This document shows positions 1 through 9,670 of a stretch of DNA of 64,000 nucleotides, piece after piece. Location: positions 2,608 to 66,607 of the forward strand of contig JAIEMT010000007.1 in NCBI GenBank assembly GCA_019751945.1, read 5' to 3'. The DNA is from a bacterium. Lineage in GTDB: Bacteria > Bdellovibrionota > UBA1018. The notes beneath the pieces were generated by a model. The model was given only the letters and a program-made list of their open reading frames with translations, had not been told where the DNA came from and ran no database searches. A program made the position numbers and the translations under genes. Position 1 is the stretch's first letter, and the number at the start of each line of letters is the position of its first letter.

Positions 1-235
1 GATCTGATCACGGGTCGCTTGAGGCACATCCTTGTCAAAGGTGTAAGCTGAAGCGGTTGCCGGTATTGCCAAAGATAAAATGAGAATAGGAAGAGAAATG
101 GATTTCATGATTGCGGCCCCCCTGCCGCTTGGAATGTTCATCGTGAACTACAATCTGAAAGAATGTTTCATGCGTTTCCCGACCTGACAAGGCCATGACG
201 CGCATTTTTTAACTTTTTTTATTTAACGCGACGAA

Positions 236-808
236 TTAGGACGAGAGCTTGCCGACGTATTGAACCAGACTCGCTGCGAGCTTATCGACTGCAGCGGCCT
301 GCTTGGGGTTTTTTAGCGCACCGTTCTCATCGAAGGCCTCTGCTGCCTTGGGAACCAGAACGGGGCCTGGAACGACGAGCATGTTGAGATTTTGAATCAC
401 ATTCCGAATTTGCTGAAGCCCGCGGATCGCACCAAAGGCTCCCGGAGAAGCTCCGTAAAGCGCTACCACTTTTCCTTCAAGAGGTTCCAAACCATCGTCA
501 GTAGCAGGCTCGCGCGACAACCAGTCCAAAGTATTCTTCAGCACCGCGCTAAAAGAAGAATTATATTCGGGAGAAGAGATTAAAAACCCTTGGTGGTCAT
601 GAAACATTTTTCGAAGCTTGGCCAAATTTTCTGGAGGTCCTTGATCTTCAATATCCTGATCAAAGAGAGGAAGCGGGTATTCCTTCAAATCTAAGTAAGT
701 CACCTGAGCCCCTGCCTTCTTCGCCCCCTCAGCGGCAAGACGAGCAAGCTTCTTATTGAAGGAATCTTTTCGGAGACTACCGGCAAAGGCCAAGATTTTG
801 GAAGGCAT
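236..808 (-). CDS. NADPH-dependent FMN reductase family flavoprotein
   Basis: 190 aa. N-terminus MPSKILAFAGSLRKDSFNKKLARLAAEGAKKAGAQVTYLDL matches the flavodoxin-like NAD(P)H:FMN reductase (SsuE/ArsH-type) pattern (AxSGSxRxxSxN). Confidence 0.7.
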   Translation of the reverse strand: MPSKILAFAGSLRKDSFNKKLARLAAEGAKKAGAQVTYLDLKEYPLPLFDQDIEDQGPPENLAKLRKMFHDHQGFLISSPEYNSSFSAVLKNTLDWLSREPATDDGLEPLEGKVVALYGASPGAFGAIRGLQQIRNVIQNLNMLVVPGPVLVPKAAEAFDENGALKNPKQAAAVDKLAASLVQYVGKLSS

Positions 809-843
809 GGGGGGACCTTATCAAATCCCCATGGAATCGGAAA

Positions 844-2814
844 TCACTTCTTACTGGCAAGCCCACGCTTGGGAGCAGCTTGATGCTCTTCTAAAAGCTT
901 TGCGATATCGGAGTGCCCCTTACTCGCTGCAAGCGATTGCGCGGAATCGCCCTCTTCATCTCGAGCAGTCGCGTCTGCGCCTTGCTTTAAAAGATATTGA
1001 ACAGCGCTGAGGTGGCCAAATTCAGCTGCAATGGTCAGTGGTGTGGACTGATGGTCATCGCGCTCATTGACGCCGGCACCTTTCGCAACGAGGATCTCTA
1101 AAATCTTGGCATTCCCTCGAAAGGCAGCGACGTGAATAGGTCTCTCTCCCTGGCGAGCTTTGGCTTTTACGTTTGCACCTTTTTCAATGAGGTGTGCAAC
1201 CATCTTCTCGTTTCCTGCTAGGGCCGCAACCATCAAGGGAGTCATTCCCCCATTCCGTGGATTGGGAAGTTCAATGTCTGCTCCAGCGGCTAAGAAATAA
1301 TCCACCAGCTCCATATGCCCTTGTCGGGCAGCCATATAGAGCGGGAAGTACCCGAACTCAAGCTTGCCGTTGATCTTTGTCACGGCGCCGTTTTCAATCA
1401 AGAAACGAACTCGTTCAATATTTCCAACTCGGACGGCTTCACGAAGTTCGACCTCTGGTTTGAGATAGGCGATGTAAAAGAATCCTATCAGTCCCAAGAA
1501 TGTGGCAGCCGTTGGAACTAACCAACCGCGATTTTGTTGAAAGCGATGAGTGAGTTTCCCTGCCAGCTTCGGTTCTTCAGGAAACCCTGCTTCCATTCTT
1601 TTTCTTAGAATTTCAATTCTGTCGAGCGTTGTAGGATGCGCTGCTGCCGCATTAAAAACCGTATTCGGATCTTTTTTATCGACCGAATGGTCGTTCATGA
1701 GAGTGACCTTGGTCAAAGCACTTGCGAAGGCCTCGAAGCTCGCTCCCAATTTCACTGCGTTCTCGTCCGCTTCGATTTCTTGACGACGAACGATAGTTCT
1801 CAGAAAAGAGTTCTGAGCCAAGATCGCAAATACAACTCCCATCAATACCACTGAAGCGATAGCCTCTTTCGGAAGCAGCATTGCCAAGACGACCGTAAAC
1901 AAAATATAGGGTAGAAGAACCACGAACATTCCCAGTAAACTCCACACCAAGCGCTTACGAATGTGATTCAAGGAAATGTGACTCACTTCGTGAAGAATAA
2001 TCGCTTCAAACTCTTCCTTGGTCAGCTTGGTCAGCAATGATGCGGTGAAAAAGAGAGAGGGTTTGAACCAACCCACGCCCCACTTCATTCCAGCCACCAT
2101 GGCATTGTGAACTTTGAAGCGATCCGAATTGATGATCCAGAAATTCGGCGCTTTCAAACCCGCTCGCGCAAAACAACTCGTGAGAAGCTCAATCACTTGA
2201 GGGTCCGTCACTCGTTTTGCAGGAAACATGGCCCGAATCACCACCGGAGACAGCGCGTAGATGGCAACCAAACCGCAAATAACGCCAACGGGGGTGCTGA
2301 TCCAAGCGATCGACGAGCCCAACCACTGCGGAAGGACTCCCCAGTTTTCCGCACTTCCTAGAGCGCGAGATACCGACCACATGATGGCGTAGTACGTAGC
2401 GTAGAGCCCGATGACCGAGAAAAGGCCACGCAGACCCTGAGAAAGAACTTCCCAAGCGCCAACATCAATTTTTCTCATCACCTTTTCGATGCCGAAATTG
2501 ATTTGTCCGTGAATGAACATGGCGGCGATGTAGCCGGCAAATAGATATCCCAAAACACTCTTGCCAATAATGTTGGCTGCGATGAAGGCTCCGACAAAGA
2601 AACAAATCTGTCCGAGTGTTGCTGCAAACATCACTTGGCGAGACTGATCGAGAACTTCAGCAGTAGCACCTTCTTTAGCGCCATCCGAATTTTGCTTCAG
2701 GAACCAGCTCCCCCACCAAGCGTGAAGCAGAATCAATGCGCCGGCACTCCAGATGCAAATCCAAAAGAGTTTTTCAGTAAGCGGATGTGAGCTCAATGCG
2801 AGGGACCCTCGCAT
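844..2814 (-). CDS. Multi-pass membrane M48 (HtpX/Ste24-like) zinc metallopeptidase with C-terminal ankyrin-repeat domain
   Basis: 656 aa with several hydrophobic TM segments. HEXXH zinc site ILHEVSHISLNH is followed by EIEADENA (third-ligand Glu), typical of M48. The C-terminal ~230 aa hold about 5 ankyrin repeats (GMTPLMVAALAGNEKMVAHLIEKGANV; RPIHVAAFRGNAKILEILVAKGAGV; STPLTIAAEFGHLSAVQYLLKQGAD). Confidence 0.65.
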   Translation of the reverse strand: MRGSLALSSHPLTEKLFWICIWSAGALILLHAWWGSWFLKQNSDGAKEGATAEVLDQSRQVMFAATLGQICFFVGAFIAANIIGKSVLGYLFAGYIAAMFIHGQINFGIEKVMRKIDVGAWEVLSQGLRGLFSVIGLYATYYAIMWSVSRALGSAENWGVLPQWLGSSIAWISTPVGVICGLVAIYALSPVVIRAMFPAKRVTDPQVIELLTSCFARAGLKAPNFWIINSDRFKVHNAMVAGMKWGVGWFKPSLFFTASLLTKLTKEEFEAIILHEVSHISLNHIRKRLVWSLLGMFVVLLPYILFTVVLAMLLPKEAIASVVLMGVVFAILAQNSFLRTIVRRQEIEADENAVKLGASFEAFASALTKVTLMNDHSVDKKDPNTVFNAAAAHPTTLDRIEILRKRMEAGFPEEPKLAGKLTHRFQQNRGWLVPTAATFLGLIGFFYIAYLKPEVELREAVRVGNIERVRFLIENGAVTKINGKLEFGYFPLYMAARQGHMELVDYFLAAGADIELPNPRNGGMTPLMVAALAGNEKMVAHLIEKGANVKAKARQGERPIHVAAFRGNAKILEILVAKGAGVNERDDHQSTPLTIAAEFGHLSAVQYLLKQGADATARDEEGDSAQSLAASKGHSDIAKLLEEHQAAPKRGLASKK

Positions 2815-2842
2815 TACGTATCGGGTTTAGAGCGCCTCAGGA

Positions 2843-3976
2843 TTAGAGGTAGTAGTGAGCAAGTAGGTAAAACATATTGGAAAACTGCTTGGAATCGAGA
2901 ACCATTTGCCGCTTGAACGCGCCCACGAATTCGAAATGCGGTCGTGGGAAGAACTGAACCCCAAGACCCCATGCGTCAGACGCAGAATTCGCTACCCTGG
3001 GAGTCAGGTCCGAGCGTTCGGCCGTCAAAAAAGCCACGACTCCGGGGTGAGCTTCATAGCCCAATCGGTGTGATGTCACGAAACCCGTAGCCTTCGCATC
3101 GGTAGCCTTGGTTGTTTGATTCTGGAAAAAAAACTCCGACAACAAGAAGAGTTTCTTATTCAAAGAAAGCACCGCCCAAGGTCCGTATGCCCAGCGAGTT
3201 CGAGAGGTATCTTCTCCCTGATAAACCCCAAGTCCCACTTTTTGAGATTCCAAGAAATAGTAACTCGCATTCAATGCAAAACCTTGATCGCGGGCAGTCG
3301 ACCACTCCGGAACAAATTGTCCGTACACATAAGTGAGATTCACTGCCCACTGTTCATCCAACCACGCGAGCTCGGCATTGACGGTCTCCGTGTCCTGAGC
3401 GAAACCTAAGCCGCTACGAACAAGTGTGGTGTGATCCGGCTCGTTCACACCGAAGGATTTATCAAAGCGTCCTGCACGCAGACTGAGCTGGTCGCTAAAG
3501 CGTCCCATTACATAGTAACGACGACTAAAAAAACGTCCCTGACCACGGCCCATCTCTTGACGACCGAGCGAAACATCCACAGCCCAGGATTTTGAATTGT
3601 AAGCAAACTCGGCATCGGCCTGCATGAGAATCGACCGCGCCGTTTCTGCTGTAGACGTATTCACCAGCGCCTGTAGCCAGCGAATGTCTCCACCCAGGAG
3701 CCAAGGCTCTTCCACTTTGGCCAATCCGTAAATGTAGGCTTGTTCGCCGTCTTTGGACCAGGTGCTCAGAATTTCCTTAGAAAGCTCTCGACCGTAGGGA
3801 GTGAGAACCCCGCCGCCAGATGGACTTAAGTGACAAGCAGTGCAGTTAGCGTAACCTTCTCGAATCATTTCTGGGAACGCAAAGGCGTTCGTTGCGCTCG
3901 TTGAAAGACACAAGGAAAAAAGAAAGAGGTACGCCGCCAAGTATTTCATGAATACCTCACTGCTTTTTCGCAACAA
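2843..3976 (-). CDS. Putative fused monoheme cytochrome c / outer-membrane beta-barrel (Cyc2-like) protein
   Basis: 377 aa with a signal peptide (MKYLAAYLFLFSLCLSTSATNAFA). A single CXXCH heme motif (NCTACHLS) lies within about 20 residues of the predicted mature N-terminus. The rest has alternating amphipathic strands rich in G/Y/W and an aromatic C-terminal end (LLAHYYL), like an outer-membrane beta-barrel. This architecture matches Cyc2-type cytochrome-porins. Confidence 0.4.
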   Translation of the reverse strand: MLRKSSEVFMKYLAAYLFLFSLCLSTSATNAFAFPEMIREGYANCTACHLSPSGGGVLTPYGRELSKEILSTWSKDGEQAYIYGLAKVEEPWLLGGDIRWLQALVNTSTAETARSILMQADAEFAYNSKSWAVDVSLGRQEMGRGQGRFFSRRYYVMGRFSDQLSLRAGRFDKSFGVNEPDHTTLVRSGLGFAQDTETVNAELAWLDEQWAVNLTYVYGQFVPEWSTARDQGFALNASYYFLESQKVGLGVYQGEDTSRTRWAYGPWAVLSLNKKLFLLSEFFFQNQTTKATDAKATGFVTSHRLGYEAHPGVVAFLTAERSDLTPRVANSASDAWGLGVQFFPRPHFEFVGAFKRQMVLDSKQFSNMFYLLAHYYL

Positions 3977-4574
3977 AACTCACTGCTACGTCGACATCGT
4001 TCGCCACAGTGATTCCAGAAAACGACGGAATATCGATTCCGAAATCAGCGATCTTCAACTTCATTTTGGCGTCGCCCTTGAATTGATGTTCGCCGGTGCT
4101 TTTCAAATCAATACTGCCTGAGACTGGTTGTTCTTTTCCGTGGAGGCTGAGTTTTCCTGAAAATTTTCCCTCACCGGAAAAACCGGGTTTGGAAAGCTGC
4201 TGGGGAGTCATACTGATTTCAGTAATAGAAAGTTTTGCTTTGTCGTTCCCTGGTTTTTCTACTTCGAGATACTTTTCCTTCATGTGACGGTCGCGAAGAG
4301 AGATGCCACTTTCAAATTCCTTGAGGTTAATCAGGAATTCGCCAGAGACTTTGGAATTTTCAAAAGAAATTTTGCCTTCGGGCTTGGCACCTTTTCCGCG
4401 AATGCGAAGCGCACTGGGCCGACCCACGGCGATAAACTCCACACTCGATTGCTGAGCATCCAAAGCATAGACCGTTTTTGCCGCTGCTGGAGTACTCGCC
4501 GAAAAACCCGAGTTGGAAACCAATAAGATAGAAGCTAGTGCCCAAAGATTTTGAACCTTCATACGCCCCTCCAC
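3957..4574 (-). CDS. YceI-like periplasmic (polyisoprenoid-binding) protein
   Basis: 205 aa, signal peptide, YceI-like beta-barrel signature (YALDAQQSSVEFIAVGRPSALRIRGKG). Overlaps the downstream Cyc2-like gene start by 20 nt. Confidence 0.5.
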   Translation of the reverse strand: MEGRMKVQNLWALASILLVSNSGFSASTPAAAKTVYALDAQQSSVEFIAVGRPSALRIRGKGAKPEGKISFENSKVSGEFLINLKEFESGISLRDRHMKEKYLEVEKPGNDKAKLSITEISMTPQQLSKPGFSGEGKFSGKLSLHGKEQPVSGSIDLKSTGEHQFKGDAKMKLKIADFGIDIPSFSGITVANDVDVAVSFVAKKQ

Positions 4575-4610
4575 CGCCGGTTCTTACATGAGAGGGCTAT
4601 GTCAGGCTAC

Positions 4611-6011
4611 TTAAATGAGAAGTTGCTTGAGAATCGGAGCTGGAGCGCCATTGCGGGTGGCAGATCGATGCATCGCAGTCGGAACATCGAATGACGTGAA
4701 CAGTGTATTCATCACTGACGCGATGTTGAGATAGTGCGTGGCATCGTAAGTAGCCGGCAAATCGTCCTTCGGAATTCCGTTGGTAAAATCAAAAGGCTTG
4801 CCCATGATTTTGACCATCTCAGAATCCACAGCCTTGTGAGCGGCAGAGAGCTCCATCTTTGCATCTGTCCCATCCGATGCTCCAAAAACACAACCGCCAC
4901 GAATACCTTTGCCACCCAACCAAATCGAATTATTTAAGGCATTGTGATTTGTTCCGGTCTCATCGATCTTCGATCCCGTAATTCGCATGGTGCGAGAAAA
5001 CTCGGAAGCAAACATCACGGTGGTCACATCCAAAAGCGAACGATTGGCATCGTAGGGCGTATCTTGCAAACCCTTGAAGATGTTTGAAACTCGAGTGACG
5101 ACTTCCTTCGCCATCGCAGGCATTTTCTTCGCACTGGCTGCATCGTGACAATCTACGTTGCTCAAATCATTTCCTGCTAAAGACAAAATTCCGCAACGAG
5201 TAATTCCGTTCAGAAAGAAGGAGCCCAACATCTCCACAAATTTACCCTCTTCAGTCGTGGCTTTAAAATCACCCGAAGCCTTGAGAAGACGCTCACTGAT
5301 GATCGGAGAGGTCTCAAATCCCTCAGCCATTGCCAAAGATCCGTTCGAAAATCTTCCCTTGCCGCCGCCGTTCTTTTCCATTCGAGCATGAAGAAAGTTT
5401 AAAAGCGGCGATTTCAAATCGAAGGGCTTACTCTTCTTGAGTTTTTCAGCAATGATGGCAGCAGAAGCACTGCTCAGAGGAATGATTCTCGACACATTGT
5501 TGAGATTGGCGAAAAGCGTGCCTGATTGGATCGCATCCAAAGGCATCTCTTCTTTTCGTTGCGACCCCACTCGATTGAAAGAAGGCACAAAGCTTTCGCC
5601 GCCGAAGGCGTCGCCGGTCAACATCAAGTTTTCGCACTGATCGTGGCCATCCAGGCTCGAGCTCATCACCACGCCATTGAGAATGGAAAACTTATCCTTA
5701 AAAGGCAGGAGCGGATCCATAATCTTGGTCGCTAAACACTGGCCGCCATTGGCGCCCTTCCAAACCTGAGGATCTTCACCGGTATAGTTTTGAATTTTCC
5801 CTGCCGCAGTCATCTCCAAAGGACGCGCATCGAAGAAGTAGGACGGATCCAGACCCCCTTGCACAAAAATCTGGAGAAAGAAATGAGGATCAGCTTCGGG
5901 CTTATGAACATTTGAAAAAGCCCAAGACCAACGAGGAATATAAAGAGCACCAATGCCCGCTACGAGCATTCGTACAAAATCCCGTCGCGAAGTATTTGAA
6001 TCGAGCTCCAT
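4611..6011 (-). CDS. Tat-secreted DUF1501 family protein (sulfatase/phosphatase-like fold)
   Basis: 466 aa. Twin-arginine signal SRRDFVRMLVAGIGALYIP. DUF1501 proteins are usually encoded next to PSCyt/DUF1549/DUF1553 proteins, as here. Confidence 0.6.
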   Translation of the reverse strand: MELDSNTSRRDFVRMLVAGIGALYIPRWSWAFSNVHKPEADPHFFLQIFVQGGLDPSYFFDARPLEMTAAGKIQNYTGEDPQVWKGANGGQCLATKIMDPLLPFKDKFSILNGVVMSSSLDGHDQCENLMLTGDAFGGESFVPSFNRVGSQRKEEMPLDAIQSGTLFANLNNVSRIIPLSSASAAIIAEKLKKSKPFDLKSPLLNFLHARMEKNGGGKGRFSNGSLAMAEGFETSPIISERLLKASGDFKATTEEGKFVEMLGSFFLNGITRCGILSLAGNDLSNVDCHDAASAKKMPAMAKEVVTRVSNIFKGLQDTPYDANRSLLDVTTVMFASEFSRTMRITGSKIDETGTNHNALNNSIWLGGKGIRGGCVFGASDGTDAKMELSAAHKAVDSEMVKIMGKPFDFTNGIPKDDLPATYDATHYLNIASVMNTLFTSFDVPTAMHRSATRNGAPAPILKQLLI

Positions 6012-6012
6012 A

Positions 6013-6600
6013 TTACTTCCTTAGTAAGAAATACGGGTTCATAAAAATGGCAAACGATGCTGACTGCAAAAGTTCTTGATGCGAAACTTTCTCAAACTCC
6101 GGTCCCAAGAAAAAATCTCTCCAGGCCTGGTACTCTTCGATTGGCGCATCGTAACGCATCACCTGTAGCCACAACGCTTCGAGGTTTTCTTCCGTACGTG
6201 CCGAAGCCGCAGGCCAAGCACAGAGCGGCTTGGCAAGAGTCAGCGTTTCATCGTTTAGAAGAGACGAGTCCTCGCAAAGCTTTCCAAAGTCCTCGGAAAA
6301 TCCGCTGAACACCAAATACCAAAGCAGGAGATTCACTCCGTTTGGCTGTGCATTCTGATATCCAGTTGTAAGTCCCGTACTCTTGTAGACGCCCATCAAT
6401 TCCAGAAGAGCCGTATCAAAATCCTTGGTTCCCTCTCCGACGTAGGTCCCCAGAGATGTCTTAGGGGATCGGAGCAGGCGCTGATTGACAGTTTGATCTG
6501 TTTCGACGAAGCCCCGAAATCCTGCCATGGGCGCAGCCACCTCGGCTGCAGCCACCGAGGAAACCAAAAGACCCAGTGCCATCAGTTTCAGAGGTTTCAT
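6013..6600 (-). CDS. Secreted hypothetical protein
   Basis: 195 aa with a signal peptide (MKPLKLMALGLLVSSVAAAEVAA). Tightly packed between the DUF1549/1553 and DUF1501 genes (4-nt overlap upstream, 1-nt gap downstream). Confidence 0.35.
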   Translation of the reverse strand: MKPLKLMALGLLVSSVAAAEVAAPMAGFRGFVETDQTVNQRLLRSPKTSLGTYVGEGTKDFDTALLELMGVYKSTGLTTGYQNAQPNGVNLLLWYLVFSGFSEDFGKLCEDSSLLNDETLTLAKPLCAWPAASARTEENLEALWLQVMRYDAPIEEYQAWRDFFLGPEFEKVSHQELLQSASFAIFMNPYFLLRK

Positions 6601-8609
6601 TTTCTAGCTTCCTTTGCCGCTTGCTTCAGAACGCTATTGGACCACGTGTAAAGTTCGTTCAAATCGCCCGGAGTCATATAGCGATGCTTCGGCATACGGA
6701 GCTCCGGATCCGGACTGGAAAGGCGATCCGAAATCATTTCGAAAGTTTGATTTCGGGAATACTGTTTTCCCGTGGCATCCACGTGATGAAAACTAGAACT
6801 CCCATCGGGCATCGAAATCCACTTGGTCAAGTCTAATGGATTCTCGTCAGAGACGACGTTGTGGCAAGTCACACAATTCTTCTGAAGCAGGAAATTTACC
6901 TTACAAGGAGGCGATCCCTTAGAATCCACTCCCGGCGCGGAATCATAGCAGCGATCTGCTACAGGATCGGTCTGCGCAAAAGTACATCCCAGAACCACAC
7001 TGCCCACCACACTCTTGAACGCCACTGAAGAATTTTTCTTCTTCGCGATCGTATTGAATTGCTGGGTGAGATAGTCGAGGTAGCCCGCATCTAAAATTTG
7101 GTCTTCCGTGTTGAAATACTGGAAGACTCTTCGAACCAAGCACTGGCGCACTTCTGGAGCCTCTCCGATAATTCTAAAAAGATCGTCGAGATTTTCGCCG
7201 TATTCATTATGTTTTGATTCACCTGCTGCGCGAATGTAGCCAATGCGCCACTTACGATCTTTACTTCCCGTTTCTAACCATTCCTTTTCGTAGTTGCTGT
7301 ATTTTACTTTCGCTCCGTCATCGAAAAAGAGTTCGTCTTTTTCAAGATCTGCGGGCGTGAAAAAAGATCCTTGATCCTTAAAGAACCCTGCCATTGGATC
7401 GAGCTTATAATGACAAGCAAAACAGCTCGGGTCGTCTCCATGTTTCTTTTGACCATGATCGCCCGGGCTTTCGACGTTGATCGGCGTGAGATCATCGCAA
7501 AAGAAGCGCTTCAAAATATAGGAGGCCCGCTTGCGATTATAGTTGGTCGAAGAATTCGTCAGCGTGACCTTAGCAGGAAAGGTAAACATGGTTTGACGGT
7601 ACTTCGATGAAGCACCCAAATCCTTCATGTCTATTTTTCTGATTTGATCCACCGTCGCCGGAAAATAAGCGGGGGGCTCGAATTCCATTATATTCTTGAT
7701 GTGAAGCTCACTCTTAGCCTGGGCCGCTTTTAAAGCATCCAAGATAGCAAAGTTTCGATTTTCCGGCTTTCCGTCGAAACAGCCGTTGTAGAGTTTGCCA
7801 AAAAAGTCGGGATCAAAAAATAAATCAAAAGAGAGGTAGAAGTGAAGACCAAGCCCCTGCAAGGGACCGTTAGGATCTTGCTTCCCGTCGGTAAACTTTT
7901 TACAAAAACCATCCCAATCATTCGGATTGGCTTGAACCCAATCCAGCAGCTTTTGCATTCGGGCTCGATATTCTTTGATCCGAACACGACGGATCTCCTG
8001 CTGAGACTTCCCGACTTCATTGGGATCCTCTTTATCAGCCGTAACTTCACCTAACGGCAGAATAAAAGAGGGCTGATGGAGCTTTAAGAGTTGAAGGTAG
8101 TCGCCGTTTTTGACGGTGTTTTGGGCAGAGGCCACAGCGCTTGGAAAACCGATGACCTCATTACTAAAGCTTCCATCCTTGTTTCGAACGGCGCCCAGCT
8201 TACTTCCTAAAAAGTACATGTTGAAATCTAAGACCGTGTCAGCAAAAAATGGGTCATTCAGAAGTTTTTGAACAACCTGGCGTCGATTGAGACGCATGAA
8301 TTCGCTCAGTTCAGCCTTTCCGCGAACCCCTTGACCACCGCGCATGGCCTTGACGGTTTTTTCAATCCAGATTTTCTTCTGCCAATCGTCTGGGAAAAAA
8401 GGTTTTCCTTCGGGTGATTCGCAGGCGTTCATCGGCACGTACTTCGCCTTTACGACATCGGGATTTGGAAGGTCATCAACAAACTGTGTTGAACAAGAAG
8501 CGGCGACAATGGTCAGTGCCACTAGAGAAATTCGAGAATAGTATTGAGAAAAACCCCCCGGTTTCTTCACGTGACGTTCAATACTATAATTTGGGAAAGT
8601 TGCAGTCAA
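6597..8609 (-). CDS. PSCyt/DUF1549/DUF1553-type cytochrome c domain protein
   Basis: 670 aa with two CXXCH heme-binding motifs (CFACHYKLDP and CVTCHNVVSD). Co-located with DUF1501, the typical pairing of this planctomycete-type cytochrome c family. Confidence 0.5.
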   Translation of the reverse strand: MTATFPNYSIERHVKKPGGFSQYYSRISLVALTIVAASCSTQFVDDLPNPDVVKAKYVPMNACESPEGKPFFPDDWQKKIWIEKTVKAMRGGQGVRGKAELSEFMRLNRRQVVQKLLNDPFFADTVLDFNMYFLGSKLGAVRNKDGSFSNEVIGFPSAVASAQNTVKNGDYLQLLKLHQPSFILPLGEVTADKEDPNEVGKSQQEIRRVRIKEYRARMQKLLDWVQANPNDWDGFCKKFTDGKQDPNGPLQGLGLHFYLSFDLFFDPDFFGKLYNGCFDGKPENRNFAILDALKAAQAKSELHIKNIMEFEPPAYFPATVDQIRKIDMKDLGASSKYRQTMFTFPAKVTLTNSSTNYNRKRASYILKRFFCDDLTPINVESPGDHGQKKHGDDPSCFACHYKLDPMAGFFKDQGSFFTPADLEKDELFFDDGAKVKYSNYEKEWLETGSKDRKWRIGYIRAAGESKHNEYGENLDDLFRIIGEAPEVRQCLVRRVFQYFNTEDQILDAGYLDYLTQQFNTIAKKKNSSVAFKSVVGSVVLGCTFAQTDPVADRCYDSAPGVDSKGSPPCKVNFLLQKNCVTCHNVVSDENPLDLTKWISMPDGSSSFHHVDATGKQYSRNQTFEMISDRLSSPDPELRMPKHRYMTPGDLNELYTWSNSVLKQAAKEARK

Positions 8610-8612
8610 TTT

Positions 8613-9632
8613 TTAAGACGAAGCAATTGCAGCAACAAACTGGTCTACATCGGTCGGTGTCGTATTCCACGAAGTCATCCAACGAGCGATCGGCCCCTTC
8701 GGATCAACAACGTAGAAATAAAAGTCTTTTTGAAGACGTTCCACTAAAGGAGGGGAGAGTCGAACAAAAATCGCGTTTGCCTGTACTGGGTACAAAACGG
8801 GAATCGCCTCTAAATTTGAAACCCCTTTGTAGAGGCGCTGAGCCATTTCATTCGCGTGAAGAGCGTTAGTCTTCCAAATTTCTTTTTCTAAATAAGCTTC
8901 AAACTGGCAAGAAAGGTAACGCATCTTCGAGGCTAACTGCATGGCCTGCTTTCGAACAAAATGAAAGCGCTCTGCAAACTGGGGCTGATTGAAGAATACG
9001 ACGGCCTCTCCTAGAAGCATTCCATTCTTCGTCCCTCCAAAAGACAGCACATCCACACCCAAGTCGGCACTGAGAGACTTCAAAGATCCGTTCAGACTCA
9101 CGACTGCATTTGAAAAGCGAGCCCCGTCCACGTGCAAAAACATTTTATGAGCGTGCGCAAAATCTGCGAGCGCTTTTACCTCCTGAGAGGAATAAACTGT
9201 TCCTAATTCGGTGGTTTGAGAAATGCTAATCACCCTGGGCTGAACCCGATGGGGATCTCCTTTATAAGTCAGGAACGGCTCAATCTGCTCGGGACAAAGC
9301 TTTCCATCTTTTGTTGGAAGAGCGAGTATCTTTACACCGGCGAATTTTTCGAGAGCCCCGCATTCGTCGACTTGAAGATGGGCGGTGTCAGGACAGATCA
9401 CCGCTTCATGCGGAAGCATGCAACTCGAAATGGCCGTGACGTTCGCACCGGTTCCATTAAAAACAGGAAAAGCCTGTGCTGCAGATCCAAAGTGCTTCTG
9501 AAACAGTTTTTCAATCGATACGGTTTTAGAATCTGCACCGTACGCAGAAGCCCAGGCTTGATTCTCCATTTCGAGAGACTTCAAAAGAAGAGGATGCGCC
9601 GGGACGGTGTTGTCGCTTGCAAAGGTTTTCAC
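8613..9632 (-). CDS. ltaE: Low-specificity L-threonine aldolase (beta-eliminating lyase family, PLP)
   Basis: 339 aa. The N-terminus MKTFASDNTVPAHPLLLKSLEMENQAW... and overall layout match the threonine aldolase family. Confidence 0.7.
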   Translation of the reverse strand: MKTFASDNTVPAHPLLLKSLEMENQAWASAYGADSKTVSIEKLFQKHFGSAAQAFPVFNGTGANVTAISSCMLPHEAVICPDTAHLQVDECGALEKFAGVKILALPTKDGKLCPEQIEPFLTYKGDPHRVQPRVISISQTTELGTVYSSQEVKALADFAHAHKMFLHVDGARFSNAVVSLNGSLKSLSADLGVDVLSFGGTKNGMLLGEAVVFFNQPQFAERFHFVRKQAMQLASKMRYLSCQFEAYLEKEIWKTNALHANEMAQRLYKGVSNLEAIPVLYPVQANAIFVRLSPPLVERLQKDFYFYVVDPKGPIARWMTSWNTTPTDVDQFVAAIASS

Positions 9633-9670
9633 AGCGCTGTCTTACCCGAGCCGGGAATAAGAAAAAAGAC

